DNA of 64,000 bases, from NCBI GenBank assembly GCA_015490295.1, contig WFYC01000073.1, positions 2,145 through 66,144 on the forward strand, in the 5' to 3' direction. The notes below the pieces were generated by a model. The model ran no database searches. It was not told the origin of the DNA and saw only the letters and a program-made list of their open reading frames with translations. Made by a program: the position numbers and the translations under genes. This DNA is from Hydrogenimonas sp. (lineage in GTDB: Bacteria; Campylobacterota; Campylobacteria; Campylobacterales; Hydrogenimonadaceae). This document shows, in pieces, positions 21,149-31,064 of the stretch. The first letter of the stretch is position 1. Each line of letters opens with the position of its first letter.

Positions 21149-21829
21149 CTACTCTTCGTTGTTTTTTTGGGGATAGCAGAAGCGGTATCCGCGTCGACGT
21201 ACAGTCTCTATGGTTTGAATACCGAGAGGTTTGTCCATCTTCTGTCTTATCTGGTTTATCGCTACTTCGATAACGTTGGGTGTTACCAGTTCCGGCTCTT
21301 CCCAGATGGCATCGAGCAGCTGCTCTTTCGATACTATCTCTTCTCTGTGGCGTGCGAGGTGTGTGAGTACTTCGAAAGGTTTACCCTTGAGCTCTATCTC
21401 CTTGCCGCGGTAGACAACCTTCTCTTCCTGGGGGTTGATACTCAGGTCGTCTATCTCGATAACATTGCTTCCGCCAAATCTGAGGCGTGCTTTGATGCGG
21501 GCGATAAGTACATCGAAATCGAAAGGTTTTTTAATGTAGTCGTCTGCACCTGCTTCCAAAGCCTCTATTTCACTGTCTTTGTCGTCTCGGGCCGATAGGA
21601 TGATTACCGCCGTTTTGGGATTGTTCTGTTTCGCTTTTTGGATCAGTTCGAGCCCGTTGCCGTCAGGCAGCATCCAGTCGGCAAGAATCAGATCGTAGTT
21701 TCTTATATCCAGATAGTAGTCGCCGTCTTTGAAATTTTCAGCCGAATCTGTCTGATAGTTGAATTCGTTAAGTCCTTCGGAGAGTGTTTTGTTGACGGTG
21801 GTTTCATCTTCTACAATCAGTATACGCAT
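21149..21829 (-). CDS. hsrA: Homeostatic response regulator HsrA/CosR
   Basis: IRNYDL, KGKPFEVLTHLARH, IWEEPELVTPNVIEVAINQIRQKMDKPL signature; next to folB-plsY. Confidence 0.92.
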   Translation of the reverse strand: MRILIVEDETTVNKTLSEGLNEFNYQTDSAENFKDGDYYLDIRNYDLILADWMLPDGNGLELIQKAKQNNPKTAVIILSARDDKDSEIEALEAGADDYIKKPFDFDVLIARIKARLRFGGSNVIEIDDLSINPQEEKVVYRGKEIELKGKPFEVLTHLARHREEIVSKEQLLDAIWEEPELVTPNVIEVAINQIRQKMDKPLGIQTIETVRRRGYRFCYPQKNNEE

Positions 21830-21864
21830 GGTATAAGGTCCTTGTGGTGTGAAATTTAAGCGGG

Positions 21865-21873
21865 ATTATAGCA
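21865..21873 (-). promoter_or_regulatory. Extended -10 promoter (TGCTATAAT) of hsrA
   Basis: Perfect TGnTATAAT with AT-rich upstream; AAGGA SD downstream. Confidence 0.65.
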
Positions 21874-21910
21874 TATTTTTAGCTAAATTTAAACTCTTTT
21901 TCAAAAATCT

Positions 21911-22240
21911 TTAAAGAAAGGAGCGAAAATCTGAGACGCAAACGCGGCAGTTTGGGAGAATATCCGGTTTGGAGATTGCAATCTCAATCGTCTCTATTTT
22001 AGGAAAAATTTTTCTCATTTTACAAAAAAGTTCCTCCAAGGCATCCTCGATAAGGAGAAATTTTCCATCTTTGACGGTGGCTGCCAAAACTTCTGCAGCT
22101 TTTGAGTAGTCGAGATACTCCCCGTCCATATAGCTATAGGCTATTTCACAGTCGATCTCAATCGTCTGAGGAGTTAGCCGTTCGAATTCGAGAACACCCA
22201 GAATCGCTTCGAACCTAAGAGCTCTGATAGAAATCTTCAT
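21911..22240 (-). CDS. folB: Dihydroneopterin aldolase
   Basis: ILGVLEFER..PQ, LDYS, LIED, SKP motifs; start MKISI overlaps plsY stop. Confidence 0.85.
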   Translation of the reverse strand: MKISIRALRFEAILGVLEFERLTPQTIEIDCEIAYSYMDGEYLDYSKAAEVLAATVKDGKFLLIEDALEELFCKMRKIFPKIETIEIAISKPDILPNCRVCVSDFRSFL

Positions 22241-22863
22241 GCTACTTTGGTCTCCTTGCCGGTTAAAAGGCGGGCAATATTCGGCATATGTTTGTAGACT
22301 ACTATGATCGCTATGATCCATATGGGAGCATGTGAGTGGATGTTCGGTACATCTGGGTATATGATGTAGCTGGCAACAATGAATACAATCAGCGCTCCGA
22401 GTGATGCGAGCGAGGATATACGCAGGGCTTTGCCGAGTATATACCATGCGGCTATCGCTATCGCCGCCACCATAGGCATCATGAACGCCAGGACGCCGAC
22501 ACCGGTAGCTACACCTTTGCCCCCTTCGAACATCAGGTATGGACTGAAGCAGTGGCCGGCTACGGCGAGCACCGCTATGGCCCAGAGTGTGGAATCCGGC
22601 ATGCCGGAGAGCTTTGCCACAAGCAGTACCGCTACCCCTTTCAGCGCATCGAGGATGACTGTTGCTATGGCAAGCTTTTTGGCCAGTTTAGGATTTTTCT
22701 CTTTGACGACTCTAAGGACATTGGTTGCACCGATACTCCGGCTGCCGCTCTCTTTGATATCGACTTCGGCGAAAATCTTTGCCAGAATGAGACCGAACGG
22801 AATCCCTCCGATCAAAAATGCCGCAAGATAAAATATTATATTCGGGTTTGTCAGAAAATCCAT
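22237..22863 (-). CDS. plsY: Glycerol-3-phosphate acyltransferase PlsY
   Basis: GSRSIGATNVLR, DALKG, GHCFS, GGKGVATG, HMPNIARL. Confidence 0.95.
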   Translation of the reverse strand: MDFLTNPNIIFYLAAFLIGGIPFGLILAKIFAEVDIKESGSRSIGATNVLRVVKEKNPKLAKKLAIATVILDALKGVAVLLVAKLSGMPDSTLWAIAVLAVAGHCFSPYLMFEGGKGVATGVGVLAFMMPMVAAIAIAAWYILGKALRISSLASLGALIVFIVASYIIYPDVPNIHSHAPIWIIAIIVVYKHMPNIARLLTGKETKVA

Positions 22864-22933
22864 AGTGACCTTTTATGGTAAAATTGCGCAATTATAGAAT
22901 AATATTGGTTACAACGCCATTAAGGATAGCTAT

Positions 22934-23926
22934 TTGCAACAGCAGGAACTCAAAGAAAAGATTGCCGAACTTAGAGAGAGGCTGCCGGTGACGATAGTCG
23001 CCCACTACTATCAGCGTGACGAAGTATTCGAACTGGCCGACATCACCGGTGACAGCCTGGAGCTTGCCCGGCGCTGCAAGGCGGACGACCGCGAATGGGT
23101 GCTCTTTTGCGGTGTGGGATTTATGGGTCAAAGTGTCAAGGTCATCGCACCGCACAAGCGGGTAGCGATGCCGAAGATCGCCTGCTGCGCCATGGCCAGG
23201 ATGATAGATCAGCAGTGTTACGACGAATCGGTGGAGTTTTTGGAAAAGCACGGAATCAAAGAGTCCGATGTGCTTCCTATTACTTATATAAACTCGAGTG
23301 CCGAGGTCAAGGCGAGCGTCGCGAAGATGGGCGGCATGGTCTGTACAAGCTCCAACGCATACAAAATCATAGAGCAGGGGCTAGGAAGCGGTAAAAAGAT
23401 TCTCTTCGTACCGGATCGCTGCCTGGGGCAGAATATAGCCAATATGATGGGGCTTCGCTCATGTGTGATAGGAGACGGAAAAGATCCCAACGAAGCGGAT
23501 ATTATCTGCTACAACGGTTTCTGCTCCGTCCATCAGCTCTTTACCGTCGATGATGTAAACTTCTACCGAAAACGCTACCCCGGCATCAAGATCGCGGTTC
23601 ATCCGGAGTGTGACCCGTCCGTCGTGGCCGTCAGCGACTTCTGCGGCTCTACCAGCCAGCTTATAAAATATGTAAACGAACTTCCTGAAGATCAGAAGGT
23701 GGCGGTAGGGACCGAATACAACCTCGTCCACAGGATGCGCGACAAGAACACCTATGTTCTCTCTTCGACCAAGCCGGAGTGCCCTACAATGAACGAGACG
23801 ACGCTCGAAGATGTCTACAATACACTTGTGGCGATAGAGAAAAACGAAGTACCGACGGAGATATTCGTAGACAAGGATACGGCGAAGTGGGCCAATATCG
23901 CCCTCGAAAGAATGCTGCCGTTATGA
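22934..23926 (+). CDS. nadA: Quinolinate synthase
   Basis: AHYYQ, GDSLELAR, YINSSA, CTSSNA, HPEC, CPTM. Confidence 0.95.
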   Translation: MQQQELKEKIAELRERLPVTIVAHYYQRDEVFELADITGDSLELARRCKADDREWVLFCGVGFMGQSVKVIAPHKRVAMPKIACCAMARMIDQQCYDESVEFLEKHGIKESDVLPITYINSSAEVKASVAKMGGMVCTSSNAYKIIEQGLGSGKKILFVPDRCLGQNIANMMGLRSCVIGDGKDPNEADIICYNGFCSVHQLFTVDDVNFYRKRYPGIKIAVHPECDPSVVAVSDFCGSTSQLIKYVNELPEDQKVAVGTEYNLVHRMRDKNTYVLSSTKPECPTMNETTLEDVYNTLVAIEKNEVPTEIFVDKDTAKWANIALERMLPL

Positions 23927-24744
23927 TAATAGACGAGTTTGTAAAAGAGGTTCTGCTCGAAGATATAGGCCGCGGCGACCTTTTCGGGCGCGTTGCGCCC
24001 AAAAGGGCCGCAACGGCGGAGGTGATCGCCAAGAGCGACGGAATAGTGGCAGGCGAGCCCTACCTCGAGGCACTGGCACACTTCTGCAGGCTGAACCTCT
24101 ACTGGCTCAAAAAAGATGGAGAGAGGTTTGTCAAGGGAGACACGATCCTGAAAGTGGAGGGCAGCGCGGCGGATCTTCTGGCTGCGGAGCGTACGCTTTT
24201 GAATATGCTTCTTCATGCCAGCTCCATAGCGACACAGGTAAAACCGTATGTTAAGGCTCTCGATGGAACCGGGGTACTGCTTCTGGATACCAGGAAGACC
24301 CGTCCGATGCTGCGTAATTTCGAGAAGTATGCCGTGCGTGTGGGCGGCGCCGTAAACCACCGGATGGGTCTTGACGATGCACTTATGCTCAAAGATACAC
24401 ACCTTAGCCTTATCGACGATCTGGAATCTTTTATCCGGCGTGCAAGGCGCGAAATACCGTTTACAACGAAGATCGAGATAGAGTGCGAGAGTGTAGAGGC
24501 CGCCGCGAAAGCGATGGATGTCGGAGCCGATATCGTGATGTGCGACAATATGCAGATAGACCATATAAAAGAGGTGGTGCTCTACAGAAATGACAACTAT
24601 CCGGGGATTCTGCTGGAGGCGAGCGGAAACATCACCCTCGAAAACATAAAAGAGGTGGCTCAGACGGGTATAGACGCCATAAGCTCCGGCAGTATAATAC
24701 ATCAATCCAGATGGATAGACCTCTCCATGAAGATCGTCACCTGA
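23923..24744 (+). CDS. nadC: Nicotinate-nucleotide pyrophosphorylase
   Basis: LDTRKT.P..R..EKYAV..GG..NHR, MLKDTH, EASGNIT; start MIIDEF overlaps nadA stop. Confidence 0.95.
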   Translation: MIIDEFVKEVLLEDIGRGDLFGRVAPKRAATAEVIAKSDGIVAGEPYLEALAHFCRLNLYWLKKDGERFVKGDTILKVEGSAADLLAAERTLLNMLLHASSIATQVKPYVKALDGTGVLLLDTRKTRPMLRNFEKYAVRVGGAVNHRMGLDDALMLKDTHLSLIDDLESFIRRARREIPFTTKIEIECESVEAAAKAMDVGADIVMCDNMQIDHIKEVVLYRNDNYPGILLEASGNITLENIKEVAQTGIDAISSGSIIHQSRWIDLSMKIVT

Positions 24745-24809
24745 CGATTTTCGCGACCGGATCGGGTTTGTCTCTATTTGAAGCGATCCGTTCAACGATG
24801 GAGTAGAAG

Positions 24810-25865
24810 ATGGCCGACGATCTCGAAAAGACCGAAGAACCGACCCCTAAAAAGATTGAAGACGCGAAAAAAGAGGGCAACGTTCCAAGAAGTATGGATA
24901 CTTCCGGGTTCATAACCCTTCTGGTCGCAGTCATTACCGTCACAGCGCTCTTTTCGTGGATTATGGATCGTCTGGAGTCGCTCTATCGCTACTATACACA
25001 CTTTTACGGCATAGAACTGACTCCCACGCTACTGGCGGAGATAGCAGCTTACACGATAGTGCAGGTTGCGATAATCATTCTTCCTCTCGCTCTGCCGGTG
25101 GCTATTGCAGGCATGCTTGCATCCTGGGTGCAGTTCGGATTTCTCTTCACGACCAAACCGCTGGTGCCCGACCTTACCAAAATAGATCCGATAAAGGGGG
25201 CCAAAAACCTCTTTTCGTTGAAAAAGCTGGTAGAGGGCGCAAAGATAACGATGAAGGTGGCGGCGGTTTTCGTTGTAGCCTTTTCCGTATTTTTAGGCTT
25301 CATAGAGGAGCTGGTATCGGTGTCGCGCGCCCAGATACTGCAACAGACGGCGTGGCTCGGAGAGAGGGCTTTGATACTGGCTGCCGTAATGCTTGTACTG
25401 CTTCTTGTGCTTGCGCTCATAGATCTTCTTTTCGTCCGCTACAACTACTTCAAAGGTCTCCGAATGTCGAAACAGGAGATCAAAGATGAGATGAAGCAGA
25501 TGGAGGGAAATCCGGAGATCAAGGCCAAAATACGCCAAATTCAGATGGAGATGGCCAGGAAAAGGATGCTGGCGGAAGTTCCCAATGCCGATGTTGTCAT
25601 AACGAACCCGACGCACTATGCGGTTGCCCTTAAATATAAGGAGTCTGAATCGAGTGCTCCGAAAGTGGTGGCAAAAGGGGCCGATCTGATCGCTCTGAAG
25701 ATCCGTGAAATTGCAAGAGAGAGTGGGGTGCAGATAGTTGAAAACCCGCCGCTTGCAAGGGAGCTGTACAAGCATGTGGATGTCGACAGGGAGGTCCCCG
25801 AGCGGTTTTACCATGCGGTTGCGGAGGTGTTGGCCTTTGTTTACAAAAGCAAAAGGGCTCTTTGA
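24810..25865 (+). CDS. flhB: Flagellar export protein FlhB
   Basis: EKTEEPTPKK, EGNPEIK, NPTH autocleavage motif, VENPPLAR. Confidence 0.96.
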   Translation: MADDLEKTEEPTPKKIEDAKKEGNVPRSMDTSGFITLLVAVITVTALFSWIMDRLESLYRYYTHFYGIELTPTLLAEIAAYTIVQVAIIILPLALPVAIAGMLASWVQFGFLFTTKPLVPDLTKIDPIKGAKNLFSLKKLVEGAKITMKVAAVFVVAFSVFLGFIEELVSVSRAQILQQTAWLGERALILAAVMLVLLLVLALIDLLFVRYNYFKGLRMSKQEIKDEMKQMEGNPEIKAKIRQIQMEMARKRMLAEVPNADVVITNPTHYAVALKYKESESSAPKVVAKGADLIALKIREIARESGVQIVENPPLARELYKHVDVDREVPERFYHAVAEVLAFVYKSKRAL

Positions 25866-25890
25866 CCTTTTTTAGGATAAAATCGCCTTC

Positions 25891-26853
25891 ATGGTAGACA
25901 AAGCAGTATATTCAGAGGCGAAAAAGCGTATAGAGACGAGCCGCCATATAACGGTTGTAGGCCACCTCAATCCCGATGCAGACGCGCTTGGGACCGGGCT
26001 TGGATTGTGGCGGGTATTTAAAACACTCTCAAAGCGTGTAGACGTAGTTTTCAAAAGTACCCCTCTACCGCAAAATCTATCGTTTCTGCCCGGTTTCGAA
26101 AAGATACGTACAGATGTCAGCCCCAAAAGCGACCTGCTTGTGAGTGTCGACTGTGGCAGCTTCGACCGGCTGGGCATACAGAAGCCTCCGAAAGCGTTTC
26201 TGATAAATATTGACCACCACCGAAGCAATACCGGATACGGGGATATCAATATAGTCGAGCCCGGCTTCGCCAGTGCTTCCGAGGTCGCTTTCAGGCTGGT
26301 AAAAGAGGCCGGGTGGCCTGTTCCTGAAGAGTCTGCCGTCAATTTCTATGCGGCACTTCTGAGTGATACCGGTTTTTTTGGATACGAGGGTGTGAATGGC
26401 AGGGTCTTCGACTTTGCAAAGGAGCTTCAGGCCCTCGGTGCGGATGCGGAGTGGACGGCGCGAATGCTCAGGGAGAACCAGCCTCTGAGCAAGCTTCGCC
26501 TGCTGCCGAAAGTCTTGCAGACACTCAAGCTCTATCTGCAGGGGCGCGCAGCAGGGCTGGATGTAACTCTGCAGATGCTGAAAGAGTCGGGAGCTACGGT
26601 AAACGAAACCGATGACATGGTCAACTACGCCCGCTCTCTCGCGACGGTCGAGGTAGGTTTTCTGATAAGAGAGGAGAGCGACGGATCGCTGAAAGTTTCG
26701 CTACGCTCGAAAAGCCGCGTGGATGTGAGCAAAATAGCGGTGAGATTCGGCGGAGGAGGGCATATCAGGGCAGCTGGTTTTAAAATGTACGATATGGAAC
26801 GGAATGTGCTGAAAGATAGAGTGCTTAAGATGATCGAAGAGGAGTTGGAGTGA
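25891..26853 (+). CDS. nrnA: DHH/DHHA1 phosphoesterase (NrnA-like)
   Basis: H.NPDADA, IDHH, SDTG.F, SLRSK, GGGH..AAG. Confidence 0.85.
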   Translation: MVDKAVYSEAKKRIETSRHITVVGHLNPDADALGTGLGLWRVFKTLSKRVDVVFKSTPLPQNLSFLPGFEKIRTDVSPKSDLLVSVDCGSFDRLGIQKPPKAFLINIDHHRSNTGYGDINIVEPGFASASEVAFRLVKEAGWPVPEESAVNFYAALLSDTGFFGYEGVNGRVFDFAKELQALGADAEWTARMLRENQPLSKLRLLPKVLQTLKLYLQGRAAGLDVTLQMLKESGATVNETDDMVNYARSLATVEVGFLIREESDGSLKVSLRSKSRVDVSKIAVRFGGGGHIRAAGFKMYDMERNVLKDRVLKMIEEELE

Positions 26854-28226
26854 GAAGAAAAAAGAGCAATGTTGGCGTGACCCTTCTTGTCGCGCTTTTT
26901 TTAGCCGTTATCGGCGGAGCGATATATCTGGCCAATTCGCCGATGTTCGAGCGCAATGCACCCAGGATAGAAGTACCGGAGGCGCTCTATTGGAATCTGA
27001 AGGAGGCGATAAGGGTCAAGCTCAAAGATGAGAGCGGAATACGAAGCTACAGAGTCATTCTGAATGACGGAACCTCCGATTTCACGGTTTTGCAGGAGCA
27101 GTCAGCCACACCGCAAAAAGAGGTGGAGATCGCAGTGCAGCTGCCTCGTGCCGGATGGAACAGAAGAGCCGTAGATGCCACTATGCGAATAGAGGTTACG
27201 GATGCGAGCAACTGGAATCTGTTTAAAGGCAACAGTGCGCAAAAGAGTGTGAAGATAAAGATCGACGCGGTACGTCCGAGTGCCTTTGTGCTCTCCAACT
27301 CCTACAAGATAACCCAGGGAGGAAGCGCTCTGGTGATATTCAGTGCGAAAGATGAGCATCTTGCGGATGTTTCGATCCATACATCCTTCGGAAAAGTGTT
27401 CAAGGCGGAGCCCTTCTATAAAACCGGTTACTATGCCGCTTTGATAGCCTGGCCTGTTCCTCAGAAGAGTTTCAGGGCATGGGTCGAGGCTGTAGATCTT
27501 GCGGGAAACGTGACGAAAGCGCACATCCCGCTGTATATAGAGAGGTACCGTTACCGCCGCTCCAACATTACGCTGAAAGATCGCTTTTTGAACGGCAAAG
27601 TCTCCGACCTCGCATATCAGTTCGACGAGACGGCAAACGTAAGCGATCCGCTGGAGAGGTTCAGGATCATCAACGAAGATATTAGACAGAAGAACGAGAA
27701 GCTCATTCACACTCTCGGCTCGAAAGTCTCCGGTCAGTTGATCAGGAGGTGGAGCGTAAAACCATTTTCTCCGCTCAAAAATGCGAAAAAGGTGGCGAGT
27801 TTCGGCGATCATCGCTACTACTACTATAAAGGGAAGCGTGTAAGCGAATCGTATCATCTGGGCATAGATCTGGCAAGTGTGAAGATGGCGCAGATAAGAT
27901 CCTCGAACCCCGGGCGCGTAGTATACTCCGGATATAACGGAATATACGGCAACATGCCGATGATAGACCATGGACTCGGGCTCTATACCATTTACGGCCA
28001 CTGCTCTTCGGTAGATGTGAAAGAGGGCGACGACGTATCAAGGGCAGAGCCCATTGCAAAGACCGGAAAGACGGGCCTGGCCCTTGGTGACCATCTCCAT
28101 TTCGGTATCGTTGTCCAAGGGGTCGAGGTACGTCCCGTCGAATGGATGGATCCACACTGGATCAAGGATAACATCACTGCTGTGTTCGACTCCGCAAGGA
28201 AGATGATAGATCGCCGCAGCGAGTGA
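26850..28226 (+). CDS. M23 family metallopeptidase
   Basis: HLGIDLA, YGH and HLH motifs; N-terminal TM; usual lpxC neighbour in this phylum. Confidence 0.9.
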   Translation: MRRKKSNVGVTLLVALFLAVIGGAIYLANSPMFERNAPRIEVPEALYWNLKEAIRVKLKDESGIRSYRVILNDGTSDFTVLQEQSATPQKEVEIAVQLPRAGWNRRAVDATMRIEVTDASNWNLFKGNSAQKSVKIKIDAVRPSAFVLSNSYKITQGGSALVIFSAKDEHLADVSIHTSFGKVFKAEPFYKTGYYAALIAWPVPQKSFRAWVEAVDLAGNVTKAHIPLYIERYRYRRSNITLKDRFLNGKVSDLAYQFDETANVSDPLERFRIINEDIRQKNEKLIHTLGSKVSGQLIRRWSVKPFSPLKNAKKVASFGDHRYYYYKGKRVSESYHLGIDLASVKMAQIRSSNPGRVVYSGYNGIYGNMPMIDHGLGLYTIYGHCSSVDVKEGDDVSRAEPIAKTGKTGLALGDHLHFGIVVQGVEVRPVEWMDPHWIKDNITAVFDSARKMIDRRSE

Positions 28227-28329
28227 GATAGAGCTTCAAGGCGAAACCGTATTTAAGGCATAGAGTCCGCTCTATTGAAGCGGTTCCGTCTCTATTTGGG
28301 CAGAAAAAAATGTAAGCGGTACCGTGTTA

Positions 28330-28338
28330 TGGTATAAT
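28330..28338 (+). promoter_or_regulatory. Extended -10 promoter upstream of lpxC
   Basis: TGGTATAAT. Confidence 0.55.
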
Positions 28339-28444
28339 GAAATGCAAGCTATTGAAATAAAGAACAGTTTTAAAAAAAGCAGGTGTATTGACGCCGCATA
28401 CCCTCTCTGTGACCGGCGGGGAGAGGATGGAGGTTAGAAAACTC

Positions 28445-29332
28445 ATGATAAAACAGAGAACAGTTGCCAGGGCGGTGGAGAGTGTGGGCATAGGCCTGCA
28501 CAAGGGAAAACCGGTGCGTCTGCGCCTGGAACCCCTGGAGCCCGGAAGCGGAATACTATTTTACAGAAAAGATAGCGGTGTTACGATCCCCCTTTCCCCT
28601 GAATATGTCGTAGACACCCAGATGGCTACGGTGATAGGAAAAGAGGGTTCTAACGTCTCTACGATAGAGCATTTTCTCTCCGCGGTATATGCGTATGGAA
28701 TAGACAACCTTCGTGTAGTGCTCGACGATGCGGAGATGCCTATTATGGACGGAAGTGCGGCAAGCTTCTGCATGATGCTCGACGAAGCGGGCATAGAGGA
28801 GCAGTCTGCCGGAAAAGAGATAATTCGCATAAAAAAAGAGGTTACGGTCAGATCGGGAGACAGATATGTATCTCTGAAACCGTCCGAGACGGCCGTTTTC
28901 GACTTCACGATCAGATTCGACCACCCTGTGATAGCGCGTCAGCATAGACGTTTCGTCTTCTCGAAGCAGGGATTTGTGCGTGAGATTTCCAGAGCCCGTA
29001 CATTCGGTTTTTTGCGGGAAGTGCAGTATCTTCGCAGTAAAAACCTGGCCCTTGGCGGAAGCTTGGAGAATGCTATCGTTTTGGACGATACGAAGGTGCT
29101 CAACCCCGAAGGTCTTCGTTTCGAAGATGAGTTTGTAAGACATAAGATTCTGGACGCGATGGGGGATATGAAGCTGCTCGGTCGTCCGATTCTCGGTACT
29201 TATGAAGCTTACGCAGGAAGCCACGGTCTGAACCATGAACTTACCATGGCCCTGATGGCGGATTCTGAAGCATATGAGATCGTGACCCTGCAGGTACAAG
29301 AGGGCACGGAGTTTGCAAGAAGTTTTGCATAG
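28445..29332 (+). CDS. lpxC: UDP-3-O-acyl-N-acetylglucosamine deacetylase
   Basis: KQRT, GIGLH.G, TIEH, ARTFGF, HKILD..GD. Confidence 0.96.
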   Translation: MIKQRTVARAVESVGIGLHKGKPVRLRLEPLEPGSGILFYRKDSGVTIPLSPEYVVDTQMATVIGKEGSNVSTIEHFLSAVYAYGIDNLRVVLDDAEMPIMDGSAASFCMMLDEAGIEEQSAGKEIIRIKKEVTVRSGDRYVSLKPSETAVFDFTIRFDHPVIARQHRRFVFSKQGFVREISRARTFGFLREVQYLRSKNLALGGSLENAIVLDDTKVLNPEGLRFEDEFVRHKILDAMGDMKLLGRPILGTYEAYAGSHGLNHELTMALMADSEAYEIVTLQVQEGTEFARSFA

Positions 29333-29798
29333 CCAAAACGAAAGACCTCCGGTAGAGCTGCTTCTTATAGCTGTCACTTCACCTATATTGGCGGCGATAT
29401 ATGAAGATGGGGAGTGTATAAAGATATATCGGAGAGACGGAAAATGCTCCGAAGTGCTTCCGCCTCTGCTGCACGATATTCTATATCGTTACAGACTGAA
29501 AGCGGTATATTATGCCAACGGCCCCGGAAGTTTCATGGCTATCAAGATCGCCTATGTCATGGCCAAAACGGTATCGAGTGCGCTCGGTATTCCTCTTTAC
29601 GGTACGGATGCGTTCGCATTCAACGGAAGCAGGCCTATAAAGGCGATAGGCAACAGCTGTTTTGTAAAAAAAGATGGTTCGATCCGAATAGAACCAGACT
29701 GCGCCGAAGAGGCCGCCCCGTTTTGCGCTCCTCAACAACTCGATAGATCTATTTTTTCCGAGCGGAGCGAACCGCTCTATATCCTGCCGGCAGTCTGA
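29313..29798 (+). CDS. Minimal TsaB-like protein (Cj0133/HP1051 type)
   Basis: YANGPGSFMAIK motif; conserved position between lpxC and thrB. Confidence 0.75.
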   Translation: MQEVLHSQNERPPVELLLIAVTSPILAAIYEDGECIKIYRRDGKCSEVLPPLLHDILYRYRLKAVYYANGPGSFMAIKIAYVMAKTVSSALGIPLYGTDAFAFNGSRPIKAIGNSCFVKKDGSIRIEPDCAEEAAPFCAPQQLDRSIFSERSEPLYILPAV

Positions 29799-29870
29799 AA
29801 AAGCTCTTTCGGAAGCCCCTTTTTAGTTAACTTGTAATAAAATTTCGCCAACAAAACCAAGGAGAGATGT

Positions 29871-30752
29871 GTGATCATCAGTGTACCTGCTACGAGCGCA
29901 AATCTGGGACCGGGTTTCGATACGCTGGGTCTTTCTCTCTCCCTTCGTAATCGGGTACACATTCAGCCCTCAAGATTTTTCAGTGTCTCCATCAAAGGCG
30001 AAGGGGCGTCGAATCCGCGCCTCAAAGGCAACAATCTCTTCATAAACATATTCAACGACCACTACAGGCACCTGACCGGCAAAAAAGGGATTTTCCGCTT
30101 CAAGTTCTACAATCAGATTCCGCTCTCGAGGGGTCTTGGAAGTTCGTCTGCCGTCATAGTAAGCGCCATCGCTTCGGCTTACAGTGCAGCCGGTGTCAAT
30201 ATCTCCAAAAGGAAACTGCTGAACCTTGCACTCTATTATGAGCACCACCCGGACAATATAACGCCGGCGGTGATGGGCGGCTTCAATGTGGCGGTGGTTG
30301 AAAACAGAAAAGTGTACAGCCAGAAAAAGAGGATCCCGGGTTATCTCAAAGCGGTTGTTGTCATACCCGACAAGCCGATATCGACGGCGCGTTCGAGAAC
30401 CGTGCTGCCGAAAAGCTACCGTAAAGAGGATGCCATATACAACCTCTCGCACTCCTCGCTGCTTACGGCATGCTTTTTCAACGAATCGTGGGAGATGCTC
30501 AGAGTCGCGGCTAGAGACCGTTTCCACCAGACTGCCCGTATGAAGAACCTTCCCGAACTCTTCGATGTACAGAAACTCGCTATCGAAAACAATGCACTTA
30601 TGAGCACTCTTTCAGGAAGCGGATCGACCTTTTTCAATATGACCTACAAAGACGATGCACAGCCGCTTCTGCAGAGATACAGAGAGCGTTTCCCGAATTT
30701 CAGAAGTGCGGTTTACGACTTCGACAACGACGGAGTTCTGTTTCGAGATTAG
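29871..30752 (+). CDS. thrB: Homoserine kinase
   Basis: [33 protein letters not shown]. Confidence 0.96.
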   Translation: MIISVPATSANLGPGFDTLGLSLSLRNRVHIQPSRFFSVSIKGEGASNPRLKGNNLFINIFNDHYRHLTGKKGIFRFKFYNQIPLSRGLGSSSAVIVSAIASAYSAAGVNISKRKLLNLALYYEHHPDNITPAVMGGFNVAVVENRKVYSQKKRIPGYLKAVVVIPDKPISTARSRTVLPKSYRKEDAIYNLSHSSLLTACFFNESWEMLRVAARDRFHQTARMKNLPELFDVQKLAIENNALMSTLSGSGSTFFNMTYKDDAQPLLQRYRERFPNFRSAVYDFDNDGVLFRD

Positions 30753-30800
30753 AGCTCTTTGAAACAGCCCCGAAGACGGGTTGTGCGAAGCGGCTTATTT

Positions 30801-30809
30801 TGGTATAAT
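30801..30809 (+). promoter_or_regulatory. Extended -10 promoter of ylxR-infB operon
   Basis: TGGTATAAT, 9 nt before ATG 30819. Confidence 0.6.
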
Positions 30810-30818
30810 TGCACGATT

Positions 30819-31064
30819 ATGTCCGATCCGGTTAGAATGTGCATCCATTGCCGCGGCCGCTACTTGCAGGCCAAGCTTATACGGCTACAGTGTCAAAACA
30901 ATCAGATACAACCATTTCAGGGGTACGGAAGAAGTTTCTATCTTTGCTATACCTGTATCGACGACAGGAAGCTTGGAAAGCGGCTGGCAAAACTGTGCAG
31001 CAATCGAACCTACTTAACGGAAACATTGGGCGAACTACTAAAGGAGATGACAGCGAATGGATAA
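30819..31064 (+). CDS. ylxR: YlxR/DUF448 family RNA-binding protein
   Basis: PVRMCIHCR, GRSFYLC..C; directly upstream of infB. Confidence 0.85.
   Translation: MSDPVRMCIHCRGRYLQAKLIRLQCQNNQIQPFQGYGRSFYLCYTCIDDRKLGKRLAKLCSNRTYLTETLGELLKEMTANG

Noticed and set aside
23815-24795. Long antisense ORFs (here and at 13295-14224, 27102-28001, 28556-29377, 45216-46088, 47573-48436, 51817-52632)
   Set aside because: Shadow frames of well-conserved genes with no motifs; expected from codon bias
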